This document shows positions 1 to 7,545 of a stretch of DNA of 17,144 nucleotides, piece after piece (position 1 is the first letter of the stretch; each line of letters begins with the position of its first letter). Position numbers and translations under genes: made by a program. The stretch lies in contig JBGQGY010000083.1 of the NCBI GenBank assembly GCA_041497675.1, positions 1-17,144 on the forward strand, read 5' to 3'. This stretch comes from a bacterium (GTDB lineage: Bacteria; Sysuimicrobiota; Sysuimicrobiia; Sysuimicrobiales; Humicultoraceae). The notes under the pieces are model-generated. The model did no database searches. It was given only the letters and a program-made list of their open reading frames with translations, and had not been told where the DNA came from.

Positions 1-1036
1 CCACCGTGTCTTCCACCGTGATCCCGTTCGACGCATGGATATTCATGAAGTTGTTGTCGGACCGCCAGATCGATGCGCCCCGCACGGACATCCCCCGGGA
101 CGTATCCGCCATCAAGTGGAAGTGCACCGGGTACCGGCCCAGACACCCAAAGTCCCCCAGATCCCGGAACTCCGCGTACCCAATGCTCCCGCTGGCTCCT
201 GCCTGGTAGATCGTGTGCCCTTGCATGGTCCGCCCTGGGTACTTACTCGTCACCACCACGTTGCGGGTCAGCAAGGCCACCTCGCCCACCGTCTGGCCGC
301 TCGCGTCGTGCGCGAACTGCAGTCCCGCACTCAACGTCAGTTCCGTGGTCGTTCCCCGCCGCACGACCTGCTGGATCTGCCGCTCATCATATTGGGGGGT
401 GGTCCGGTTATTGGCCTCATTCCCCATGGCCGTCGAGGTGAGCACCACCCAGGACCCTACCGTCCAATCACTCACGTCGTCAGCCACCTGTACCACTGTC
501 GCGCCGGCCGCCGCGGGCGCCGCCAGCTTCGTCCACGTCACCCGCACCGGGGTGCCCTGGATATCCCACCGGCCGGACACCCACACGCCCGTATCGCCTT
601 CCACAAATGCCGTTCCCCCAGTGCACGTCGCCCCCGAGGCGATCACCAACCGCAACTCCGCCGTCACGGTCCCCGGGATCGGGCTCCCCGGCGTCCCCAT
701 GTCCAGCGTCCCGCCCCGATCCACAATCACGTTCCCCACATCCAACCGCGTCGCCCGGTCCCGCGCAAACGCCAGGGTCCCCTGGATTTGCAGCCGGCCA
801 ATCTCCACGTCGCTGTGGACGTCATACGCGACCTGGTGCCCGGTCCCGATGAGGACCGACTCGCCGCGCACGGGCAGCCGACTTACACTCCACACCCCGG
901 GGTCGGACCAGCGCCCACTGCGGGTCGTGGAGACTTGCGGGACTTGTGCGCGAACCTCTGGGATTTGCGGGGTGACGACCATCGATAGTGCGAGCAGGGT
1001 AGCACACGAGAAAATCAGGATGTGGCGGGCATTCAA
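1..1036 (-). CDS. Secreted G8 domain-containing protein with a CEMIP/TMEM2/fibrocystin-L-like beta-helix region; its 3' end runs off the window start
   Basis: Manual minus-strand translation from TTG at 1036 (SD-like GAAAGGGGG about 7 nt upstream) is open for 345 codons to the window edge: MNARHILIFSCATLLALSMVVTPQIPEVRAQ (signal-like), SGRWSDPGVW...V.I..GHQV.YD (G8 start), GGTLDMGT, TWTKLA, DVSDWTVGSWVVLTST, GEVALLTRNVVV, YAEFRDLG, LGRYPVHFH, SIWRSDNNFMNIHASNGITVEDTV. The + strand ORFs 35..988 and 213..1136 are its antisense shadows. Confidence 0.88.
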   Translation of the reverse strand, partial: MNARHILIFSCATLLALSMVVTPQIPEVRAQVPQVSTTRSGRWSDPGVWSVSRLPVRGESVLIGTGHQVAYDVHSDVEIGRLQIQGTLAFARDRATRLDVGNVIVDRGGTLDMGTPGSPIPGTVTAELRLVIASGATCTGGTAFVEGDTGVWVSGRWDIQGTPVRVTWTKLAAPAAAGATVVQVADDVSDWTVGSWVVLTSTAMGNEANNRTTPQYDERQIQQVVRRGTTTELTLSAGLQFAHDASGQTVGEVALLTRNVVVTSKYPGRTMQGHTIYQAGASGSIGYAEFRDLGDFGCLGRYPVHFHLMADTSRGMSVRGASIWRSDNNFMNIHASNGITVEDTV

Positions 1037-1225
1037 TGCTTGGCCCCCTTTCGACAACAGACGCACTGCAGGAGGCGCAGTACCGCCGTTGCGGGAGATT
1101 TGGAACTGCACGCGAAGGGGGGGAGTTTCCTGCTAAGCCCCTCTCCGGCCGGGCGAGAACTGCTAGCAGGGCGGTCAACCGTCCCGACATGAAGTGTGTC
1201 ACTGATCACGGGTGTTGGACAATAC

Positions 1226-1256
1226 AGATTGGCTCTAAATTGGGTGGAAATTGGGT
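1226..1256. promoter_or_regulatory. Three direct repeats phased at 11 bp (AGATTGGCT, AAATTGGGT, AAATTGGGT) in the divergent intergenic region; possible transcription-factor site
   Basis: Repeats start at 1226, 1237 and 1248 in an AT-richer stretch between the divergent G8 gene and the M20 operon. The function is inferred. Confidence 0.35.
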
Positions 1257-1373
1257 CAATGATGGAGTTTTCTTGCACTGTCGCCTACCTCTCAAAGGAA
1301 GAAACGGGCGGACGGCAGAAGACCATCGCACACCGGCCGTTCACACGATCTTGAGCACGAGGGAGGAGCCACG

Positions 1374-2732
1374 GTGCGCACCCGCTTGCTGGACCGCGTC
1401 TTGCGTGAGGCCGATCGATCGCGCAAGGAGGTACTCAATCTCACCAGCGCCATTGTTGGTCTCGATACCACGAATACCGGAGCGCCGGATTCCGGCAACG
1501 AGGCGATCGTCGCCGAGTTTCTCGAGGACTATCTACGGGGTGAGGGACTCTCGGCGATCACCCTCATCGGACGCACGCCGTCACGGCAGAATCTCGTGGC
1601 CTCGCTCCCCGGAAAACGGCGAGGCTGTGGGCTGCTGCTTCTGTCGCACAGCGATGTCGTCCCCGCGGGTGATCTCTCAACGTGGACGTCGCCTCCCTTT
1701 ACACCCACGATCAAGAATGGCCGGCTCTATGGCCGAGGATCGGCCGATATGAAGGGCACGGCCGCGGCCGAGGTCGTCGCGCTGCTGGTGGCGCATCGGC
1801 TCGGGCTTTCGTTGCGGAAAGAGGTACGGCTCGTCTGCTTCGCGGACGAGGAGACCGGTGGGTCGTTCGGCTCCGGGTGGATGCGCAAGGAGCATCCCGA
1901 TCTGTTGCGAGCCGACGTCGCGCTGAATGAAGGCGGTGGCCGTCGCCATCGGCAGGGCCGCCATCTCCACTACGGCGTGGCATGGAACGAGAAGGGACGG
2001 CACGAGGTCACCGTGACCTTTTCGGGAACCGGGGGGCATGCCGCGACCCCGTGGCGGGGAGACAACGCGATCGCCTACGCGGCCGAATTTGTCGATCGCG
2101 TCAGAACACAGCAACCGGAACCAGTGTTCGATAAGCGGTTGCTGTCGGGCTTCCGGTGGGTACCTGGATTCGAGACCGTTCGCCCGGATGGGCTCCAAGC
2201 ATTTCTCGACCGGCTCGCCAAACACAATGAGTCGCTGGCGAGCGAGATGCGCGCACTCACGCGCACGACGGTCACACCGACGATCGTGCGCGGAGGGGTC
2301 AAGTCCAACAGCGTCCCCGACCGGTGCGAGGTTGTCTGTGACGTCCGATCGCTGCCACAGCACGACCGGGCATACGTGGCGCGCTATCTGAAGGCCCGCG
2401 CTAAAGGCCTGCCGGCGAAAATCACGCTAATCACGACGGCGTCGTCGAAACCCGTCCGGTCCAGCGCGCGGCTGACGGCGCTGATCGGGCAGGCGCTGAA
2501 GGTGGCGTCGGGCAAACCCGCTGAGGTCTTTCCGACACTGACGGTGGGCTTCACCGATTCCCGATTCGTCCGCGAAGTTGGAACACCCGCCCTGGGGTTC
2601 GCCCCGGAGCATCCGAATCGCACGGACAGCGCAGACGGCGTCCACGGGGCCAACGAGTCCGTGCCGATCGCCGATCTCCACTTTCGAGCCCGGTATTTTG
2701 CCGCCGCCATCGCCCTGGCGGCGGGCGCGTGA
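1374..2732 (+). CDS. M20/M25/M40 family metallohydrolase (ArgE/DapE/aminoacylase-like)
   Basis: GTG start after the strong SD GAGGGAGGAG. Motifs [50 protein letters not shown] and VHGANE give a complete H/D/EE/E/H metal-ligand set. No signal peptide. Confidence 0.92.
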   Translation: MRTRLLDRVLREADRSRKEVLNLTSAIVGLDTTNTGAPDSGNEAIVAEFLEDYLRGEGLSAITLIGRTPSRQNLVASLPGKRRGCGLLLLSHSDVVPAGDLSTWTSPPFTPTIKNGRLYGRGSADMKGTAAAEVVALLVAHRLGLSLRKEVRLVCFADEETGGSFGSGWMRKEHPDLLRADVALNEGGGRRHRQGRHLHYGVAWNEKGRHEVTVTFSGTGGHAATPWRGDNAIAYAAEFVDRVRTQQPEPVFDKRLLSGFRWVPGFETVRPDGLQAFLDRLAKHNESLASEMRALTRTTVTPTIVRGGVKSNSVPDRCEVVCDVRSLPQHDRAYVARYLKARAKGLPAKITLITTASSKPVRSSARLTALIGQALKVASGKPAEVFPTLTVGFTDSRFVREVGTPALGFAPEHPNRTDSADGVHGANESVPIADLHFRARYFAAAIALAAGA

Positions 2733-2941
2733 GCAGCGCCGACGCGTTGGAACTGAGCGGCGTGCTGGTCGCGCTGGCCGGACGCGCCGGCGTGGCGATC
2801 GACCAGGCCGCGGCGGCCCGTCTGACTCCGATCCTGGCCTCGGTGTTGTCGGACTGGACGGTGCTCACAAATGGCGCGGCCCGGCGGGTCGAGCCGATGT
2901 CGATCGGACGGTGGCCGGAGGACAGCCGTGGGCGCGCTTGA
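2729..2941 (+). CDS. Small (70 aa) protein, putative GatC/AtzG/HpxX-like amidase accessory subunit
   Basis: GTG start overlaps the M20 stop (GTGA) and the stop overlaps the amidase start. Sequence looks like a helical hairpin ([28 protein letters not shown]) with a C-terminal VEP motif reminiscent of GatC. The family call is inferred from size, pattern and position. Confidence 0.6.
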   Translation: MSSADALELSGVLVALAGRAGVAIDQAAAARLTPILASVLSDWTVLTNGAARRVEPMSIGRWPEDSRGRA

Positions 2942-4349
2942 CGCCGACCAGTTCACCCTCGCCAGTCTGGCGCGGGCGATCCGGGCGCGCAAGATCTCTC
3001 CCGTCGAGATCACAAGGATATGTCTGAAGCGGATCGAGCGGCTTGATCCCAGCCTGAACGCCTTCATCACGGTGACGGCCGACCGCGCGCTGGCGGATGC
3101 CAGACGCGCAGAGCGGGAAATTGCGCGCGGCGGGTGGCGCAGCCCGTTGCATGGCGTCCCGATCGCCATCAAAGACATCTTCGCCACCAAGAGCATCCGC
3201 ACGACGTGCGGCTCGCGGGTGTTGCGTGACTGGATCCCGGATCATGACGCGACTGTCGTGCGGCGTCTGGCGCAGGCCGGCATGGTGTTGCTCGGCAAGC
3301 TCAACATGAGCGAGTTCGCATACGCGGGCGTGCATCCCGACGTCGGAGCGCCGCGCAACCCCTGGCACCTTGACCGGTTCACCGGCGGGTCCAGCAGCGG
3401 GTCGGGGGCAGCGGTCGCCGCCGGGCTCTGCTTTGGATCGCTCGGCACGGACACCGGCGGGTCGATCCGGGGGCCGGCGGCGCATTGTGGCATCGTAGGC
3501 TTGAAACCAACGTACGGGCTGGTCAGCCGGGCGGGTGTTGTCCCGCTCTCATGGTCGCTGGATCACGCGGGCCCAATGGCGCGCACCGCCGAAGACACGT
3601 CGATGCTGCTCGATGTGATCGCCGGATTTGATCAGGCCGATCCCACCTCGGCGAATCTTAGGCGCGGGCGCCCGCAATCGCTGCGGACGCTGGCACGCAA
3701 TGTGCGGCGGCTCCGCGTGGGTGTCCTGCGCGAGTTTCTGGGCGGGAGCACCGAGGCCGACGTCGCCTCCTGCGTGCGCGCGGCCGTGACGACGCTGGGG
3801 CGTCTGGTGCGGAGCGTGGAAGAGGTTGCCCTCCCGCACGCCGACGAGATCGTGCCGGCCTGGTCGGCCATCTGCGTCGCGGAAGCGACAGCCTATCATC
3901 AGCACACGCTGGCACGGCAACCGGAAGACTACGGCGATCTCGTCCGCGACCGCCTTCAGGTCGGCCTCGCGGTCCCCGCCGTCGAATACCTCCAGGCTCA
4001 GCGGGTGCGGCGGACGATCACCAGCGCTCTTGCCGCCTTGTTCGACCGCGTGGATCTCCTCGTGCTGCCTTCCATGCTCACCGAGGCGTCAACGATCGAG
4101 GCGGCGACGTCTACGCACGGCTCGTGGGAGGTACTCAAAGATCGCATCCGGTCGACCGCGCCCGCCAACTTGACCGGCCTGCCGGCGGTGTCTGTGCCGT
4201 GCGGGTTCACGACGTCGGGGCTGCCGGTCGGCCTGCAGATCGTCGGACCGCACTTCGCCGACCGGACCGTCCTGGCTGCGGCGCATGTCTACGAGCAAGA
4301 GGCAGGCTGGTCGACGCGGCGGCCCAGTCTGCAGCGCGTCGCATCGTGA
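2928..4349 (+). CDS. Amidase-signature family amidase (GatA/AtzE-like)
   Basis: Likely start is GTG at 2928, behind GGAGG, rather than the ORF-track start at 2871. Motifs PLHGVPIAIKD (catalytic Lys), GKLNMSEFA, TGGSSSGSGAAVAAG, GSLGTDTGGSIRGPA (Ser-cisSer-Lys triad), GLKPTYGLVSR, NLTGLPAVSVP and GLPVGLQIVG. Confidence 0.93.
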   Translation: MGALDADQFTLASLARAIRARKISPVEITRICLKRIERLDPSLNAFITVTADRALADARRAEREIARGGWRSPLHGVPIAIKDIFATKSIRTTCGSRVLRDWIPDHDATVVRRLAQAGMVLLGKLNMSEFAYAGVHPDVGAPRNPWHLDRFTGGSSSGSGAAVAAGLCFGSLGTDTGGSIRGPAAHCGIVGLKPTYGLVSRAGVVPLSWSLDHAGPMARTAEDTSMLLDVIAGFDQADPTSANLRRGRPQSLRTLARNVRRLRVGVLREFLGGSTEADVASCVRAAVTTLGRLVRSVEEVALPHADEIVPAWSAICVAEATAYHQHTLARQPEDYGDLVRDRLQVGLAVPAVEYLQAQRVRRTITSALAALFDRVDLLVLPSMLTEASTIEAATSTHGSWEVLKDRIRSTAPANLTGLPAVSVPCGFTTSGLPVGLQIVGPHFADRTVLAAAHVYEQEAGWSTRRPSLQRVAS

Positions 4350-4358
4350 ACGCCTCGG

Positions 4359-5972
4359 CTACCGGCGCACCCCGAGCACGCGCAGCGCGGTCTCCGCGGC
4401 CTTGCGCCCCGTCTCGGCGCCGCCGTTCATGTACCCCTGATAGTCGAGGCTACAGTGCTCACCGGCGAAGAGCACGTTCCCGACGCGCATGGCTTCGGCG
4501 CCGCGGATACCCGTCCACTGGCCTGGGCGATAACACGCGTAGCTTCCCTTCGTAAACGGATAGGTCGGCCAGTGCCAGCGCGCGCCTCTCTCGCCGCGCG
4601 CGGCGCCAACGCCCGGAAACACGCGATCGGCGCCCGGCACCAAGCGGGCGGTCTGCTCGTCCACCGTCCCCTGCCCCACGAGCAGCCCCGGTCGTCCACC
4701 CGAGAACAGCGTGACCCCGCCCACCGGGCCCGGCTGTCCCCTGCTGTTATCCCAACAGAGTTGGAATCCCACGTCCGAGTATGCTGACCCGGAGTATCCC
4801 GCGGCACGCCACGGACGCTCCAGCAGCCCGAGCATCAGTTTCGCATTCGTGCCGTAGCCCAGCTCGCGGATGGCCTTCCTTTTGATGGCGGGCATCTCGA
4901 CGCCGATCTCGACCTCACGCAGCATCGTAAACGGCACGGCGAGGATCACGACATCGGCCACGACCTCGGTTGATCCGGCACCGCGTTGGTCAAATGTGAG
5001 CGCGAGCGCCCGGCCACGCGCGCGCAGCGCCGTCAGACGCTGACCGTACACGATCCGCCCGTCGAGACGCCTGGCCAGCGCGAGCGGGATCTGCTGATTG
5101 CCGCCGCGCACTTTGTACCGTTCATCGCTGTCGCCGACGATCTGAAAGCCCCCGGACAGATCGGTGCCGATGAGCGTGATGAAGTTCAGCGCGGACTGCT
5201 CGCCGGCATCGAGCCCGAACTCCGTGACGTAGGCGACTTCCAGCAATTGGCCGATCCACCCGACGGCGCCGATCCGCCGGAGGTAGTCGGCCAGCGACAA
5301 GCGGTCCAGGCCTGCGGCGCCGCCCGGGTGTTGAAAATCGATCCGCTCAGCGAGCCTGGCGGCGTCGGCGGCAATCTGCCGGGCAATCGACCGGAACGCC
5401 TGGACGACGTCGACCTCGGTATAGTGGCGGCCGCCGAAGAAATACGCGTCCTTGCGGCCCGCCTCGCCTGGGCCTTTCATGTCCATCAACTCGAGGCCGA
5501 ACTCTTTGACCAGCGCGAGCAGATCCTCGTGGTCGCTGTTGATGAACTCCCCGCCAAACTCGGTCACTAGTCCCGGTGCGATCGCGTCCCGGACGGAAAA
5601 CATCCGGCCTCCCGCGCGGGTCGTCGCCTCGTAGACGGTCGCGGTCACGCCGCCGGCCCGCAGATACTGGGCGGCCGTCAGGCCGGCGACTCCACCGCCG
5701 ACGATCACCACCCGCGCCGTAGACCGCGTCTCTGCACCCACAGCGAGAGGCCTCAACGGCCCGATCAGGGTCCGGGCGCCGGCGACCGCGGCCACAGCCG
5801 CAGAGGTCTGCAGAAACTGCCGGCGGGTCAGGCGCTCCTGGCGCAGGCCGATCAGGTCGTCGACCGGAGGCGCTCCTCGAGCGTTCGCCGCCGCGGCCAG
5901 CCCCACTGCCCGGCGGAGGGCTGCGAAAAGTGGAGTTCGAGAGCCGGTGTTGACGTGTATTGATCTACCCAT
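4359..5972 (-). CDS. Flavin monoamine oxidase / L-amino-acid oxidase family protein with a twin-arginine (Tat) motif
   Basis: LTRRQFLQ followed by a hydrophobic stretch; FAD-binding VVIVGGGVAGL..A, YEATTRAGGR, EFGGEFI; C-terminal FAGEHCS...GYMNGGAETG. The exact start is uncertain because no clear SD precedes the ATG. Confidence 0.9.
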   Translation of the reverse strand: MGRSIHVNTGSRTPLFAALRRAVGLAAAANARGAPPVDDLIGLRQERLTRRQFLQTSAAVAAVAGARTLIGPLRPLAVGAETRSTARVVIVGGGVAGLTAAQYLRAGGVTATVYEATTRAGGRMFSVRDAIAPGLVTEFGGEFINSDHEDLLALVKEFGLELMDMKGPGEAGRKDAYFFGGRHYTEVDVVQAFRSIARQIAADAARLAERIDFQHPGGAAGLDRLSLADYLRRIGAVGWIGQLLEVAYVTEFGLDAGEQSALNFITLIGTDLSGGFQIVGDSDERYKVRGGNQQIPLALARRLDGRIVYGQRLTALRARGRALALTFDQRGAGSTEVVADVVILAVPFTMLREVEIGVEMPAIKRKAIRELGYGTNAKLMLGLLERPWRAAGYSGSAYSDVGFQLCWDNSRGQPGPVGGVTLFSGGRPGLLVGQGTVDEQTARLVPGADRVFPGVGAARGERGARWHWPTYPFTKGSYACYRPGQWTGIRGAEAMRVGNVLFAGEHCSLDYQGYMNGGAETGRKAAETALRVLGVRR

Positions 5973-6097
5973 ATATGGAAGGCCCTGTTCAAGGACCTCG
6001 AGGGGTCTCCCTCCTCAATGCTCATGATGTTGCCAGAATTGCGGGCAAACCCTCTGCGCCTGCGGGTATTCCCTCACCGGCCGACGGTGGCTTCTGA

Positions 6098-6127
6098 TTG
6101 ACCGGACTTTTGGGCAAATGAAACAAT
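6098..6127 (+). promoter_or_regulatory. Possible sigma70-type promoter for the halogenase operon
   Basis: TTGACC at 6098-6103, an 18-nt spacer ending in TGA (extended -10-like), then AACAAT at 6122-6127, about 45 nt upstream of the ATG at 6172. The -10 match is imperfect. Confidence 0.3.
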
Positions 6128-6171
6128 CGAGGGACCCGAACAGGGTTCGAGCCCTACGGAGGAGATCTGGG

Positions 6172-7545
6172 ATGCGAACGGACGTCCTCATCGTCGGCGG
6201 CGGGCCGGCAGGTGCGACAGGTGCGATGTTTCTCGCCGCCGAGGGTATTCGGCCGATTATCGTCGAGCGCGAACCATTCCCGCGCTACCACATTGGCGAG
6301 TCGATGACCGGCGAATGCGGGGCCGTCCTTCGGGATTTGGGTCTCGAACAGAGAATGCTCGCCGACGAGCACCCGGTGAAGCAGGGAGTCAAGGTCTACA
6401 GCCCTAACGGGAAAACCGAGTGGTTCGTCCCCGTGATGGGACGGGACGCGAATTGGACGCTGTTCGACCAGTTCACCTGGCAGGTGCGGCGCAGCAATTT
6501 CGACCAGATGCTGCTGGACGAGGCGGTCGCGCGCGGGGCGACTATTCTGCGCGGCACGGCCCTCAAACCCCTGCTGCGTGACGATGGCTCGGTGCGCGGC
6601 GCGCAGATCCGCATGGCCGACGGCGGCACCGTAGACGTGGAGTCGGAGATGTTGCTGGACTGCTCGGGTCAGGCCACGTTCCTGGCCAACGCCGGTGTGA
6701 CGGGGCCCAAATATCTCGGCAGCTACGACAAACAGATCGCCATCTTCTCGCAGGTCACCGGAGCCGCCCGCGACGATGGCACGACCCGCGACGCCCACAA
6801 GGATAACACCCTGATCTTCTATGAGAAGAAGTACCATTGGGCGTGGCTCATCCCACTCGACGGGGACGTCGTGAGCGTCGGCGTCGTGGTGCCGGCCGCC
6901 TACTTCCTGGAAAAGAGGGAGACGAAAAAGACCTTCCTCGTGCGAGAACTACACGAGATGAATGCTGACCTGAAGCGACGTTTGCCTGAGATCACCCTGA
7001 TCGAAGACGTTCACGTGATACCGAACTACTCGTTCCAGGTGAGGCAGTTCTGCGGCAAGGGGTTCATGTGTATCGGGGACGCGCACCGGTTCCTCGACCC
7101 GATCTTCTCCTTCGGCCTGTACGTCTCGATGAAAGAGGCGCAGTTTGCTGCCCCGCTCATCAAAGCGTATCTGGCCGGGGCGCAGCGTGATGATGACAAT
7201 CCCTTCGCGTCGCACCAGTTGCGCTGCGAGAAAGGGATCGACGTCTTGGAGGACACCATCGACCTGTTCTGGGAGCAGCCTTTTGCATTCGCGGCGTTCG
7301 TACACGCCCGTTACCGCGAGTACTTTACCGACATCCTGGCCGGGCGCGTCTACGAGCGGCAGCCTTCGCCGGCCGTGACGGCCGTTCGCAAGATGCTCAA
7401 GCGCGAGGAAGAACGCAACCGCTCCTACCAGGCGCAGGATCTCTACTCCATGCCCATCGGGTCGCGCTTCCATCCCGAGCGGAGCGCGCTCTGGGAGCCG
7501 AACTCGACGGTCGAGACCACGGAAGCCTGGATGGGACCACGGTGA
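6172..7545 (+). CDS. Flavin-dependent halogenase-like FAD oxidoreductase (PltA/CndH-type, about 457 aa)
   Basis: ATG at 6172 after GGAGGAG. Motifs DVLIVGGGPAG, FPRYHIGES, Lys70 in HPVKQG at the position expected for the catalytic Lys, QVRRSNFD.MLL..A, WAWLIP (the WxWxIP halogenase motif, 6838-6855), SVGVV and GDAHRFLDPIFSFG (FxDPxxSxG). Halogenase activity itself is inferred. Confidence 0.8.
   Translation: MRTDVLIVGGGPAGATGAMFLAAEGIRPIIVEREPFPRYHIGESMTGECGAVLRDLGLEQRMLADEHPVKQGVKVYSPNGKTEWFVPVMGRDANWTLFDQFTWQVRRSNFDQMLLDEAVARGATILRGTALKPLLRDDGSVRGAQIRMADGGTVDVESEMLLDCSGQATFLANAGVTGPKYLGSYDKQIAIFSQVTGAARDDGTTRDAHKDNTLIFYEKKYHWAWLIPLDGDVVSVGVVVPAAYFLEKRETKKTFLVRELHEMNADLKRRLPEITLIEDVHVIPNYSFQVRQFCGKGFMCIGDAHRFLDPIFSFGLYVSMKEAQFAAPLIKAYLAGAQRDDDNPFASHQLRCEKGIDVLEDTIDLFWEQPFAFAAFVHARYREYFTDILAGRVYERQPSPAVTAVRKMLKREEERNRSYQAQDLYSMPIGSRFHPERSALWEPNSTVETTEAWMGPR

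Noticed and set aside
35..1136. Long + strand ORFs 35..988 (317 aa) and 213..1136 (307 aa)
   Set aside because: Antisense shadows of the G8 gene, with His/Pro/Arg- or Thr/Ser/Pro-biased sequence and no motifs, while the minus frame has clear family motifs and an SD.
1263..1277. Sigma54 promoter-like TGG...TTGCA
   Set aside because: GG-to-GC spacing is 9 nt rather than the required 10.
2729..4349. gatC-gatA of the tRNA-dependent amidotransferase
   Set aside because: No gatB follows (the next gene is a convergent oxidase), the small protein is shorter than typical GatC, and the context is catabolic. No gat symbols were assigned.
6140..6157. tRNA T-arm-like sequence CAGGGTTCGAGCCCT
   Set aside because: The T-stem is imperfect and no acceptor stem, D arm, anticodon arm or CCA is present. 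It is more likely a small hairpin in the halogenase leader.
6172..7545. Tryptophan halogenase (PrnA/RebH) or a complete natural-product gene cluster
   Set aside because: Length and motifs (FPRYHIGES, FLDPIFS) fit the shorter PltA/CndH-like class, and no NRPS, PKS, carrier protein or convincing precursor peptide lies in the window.
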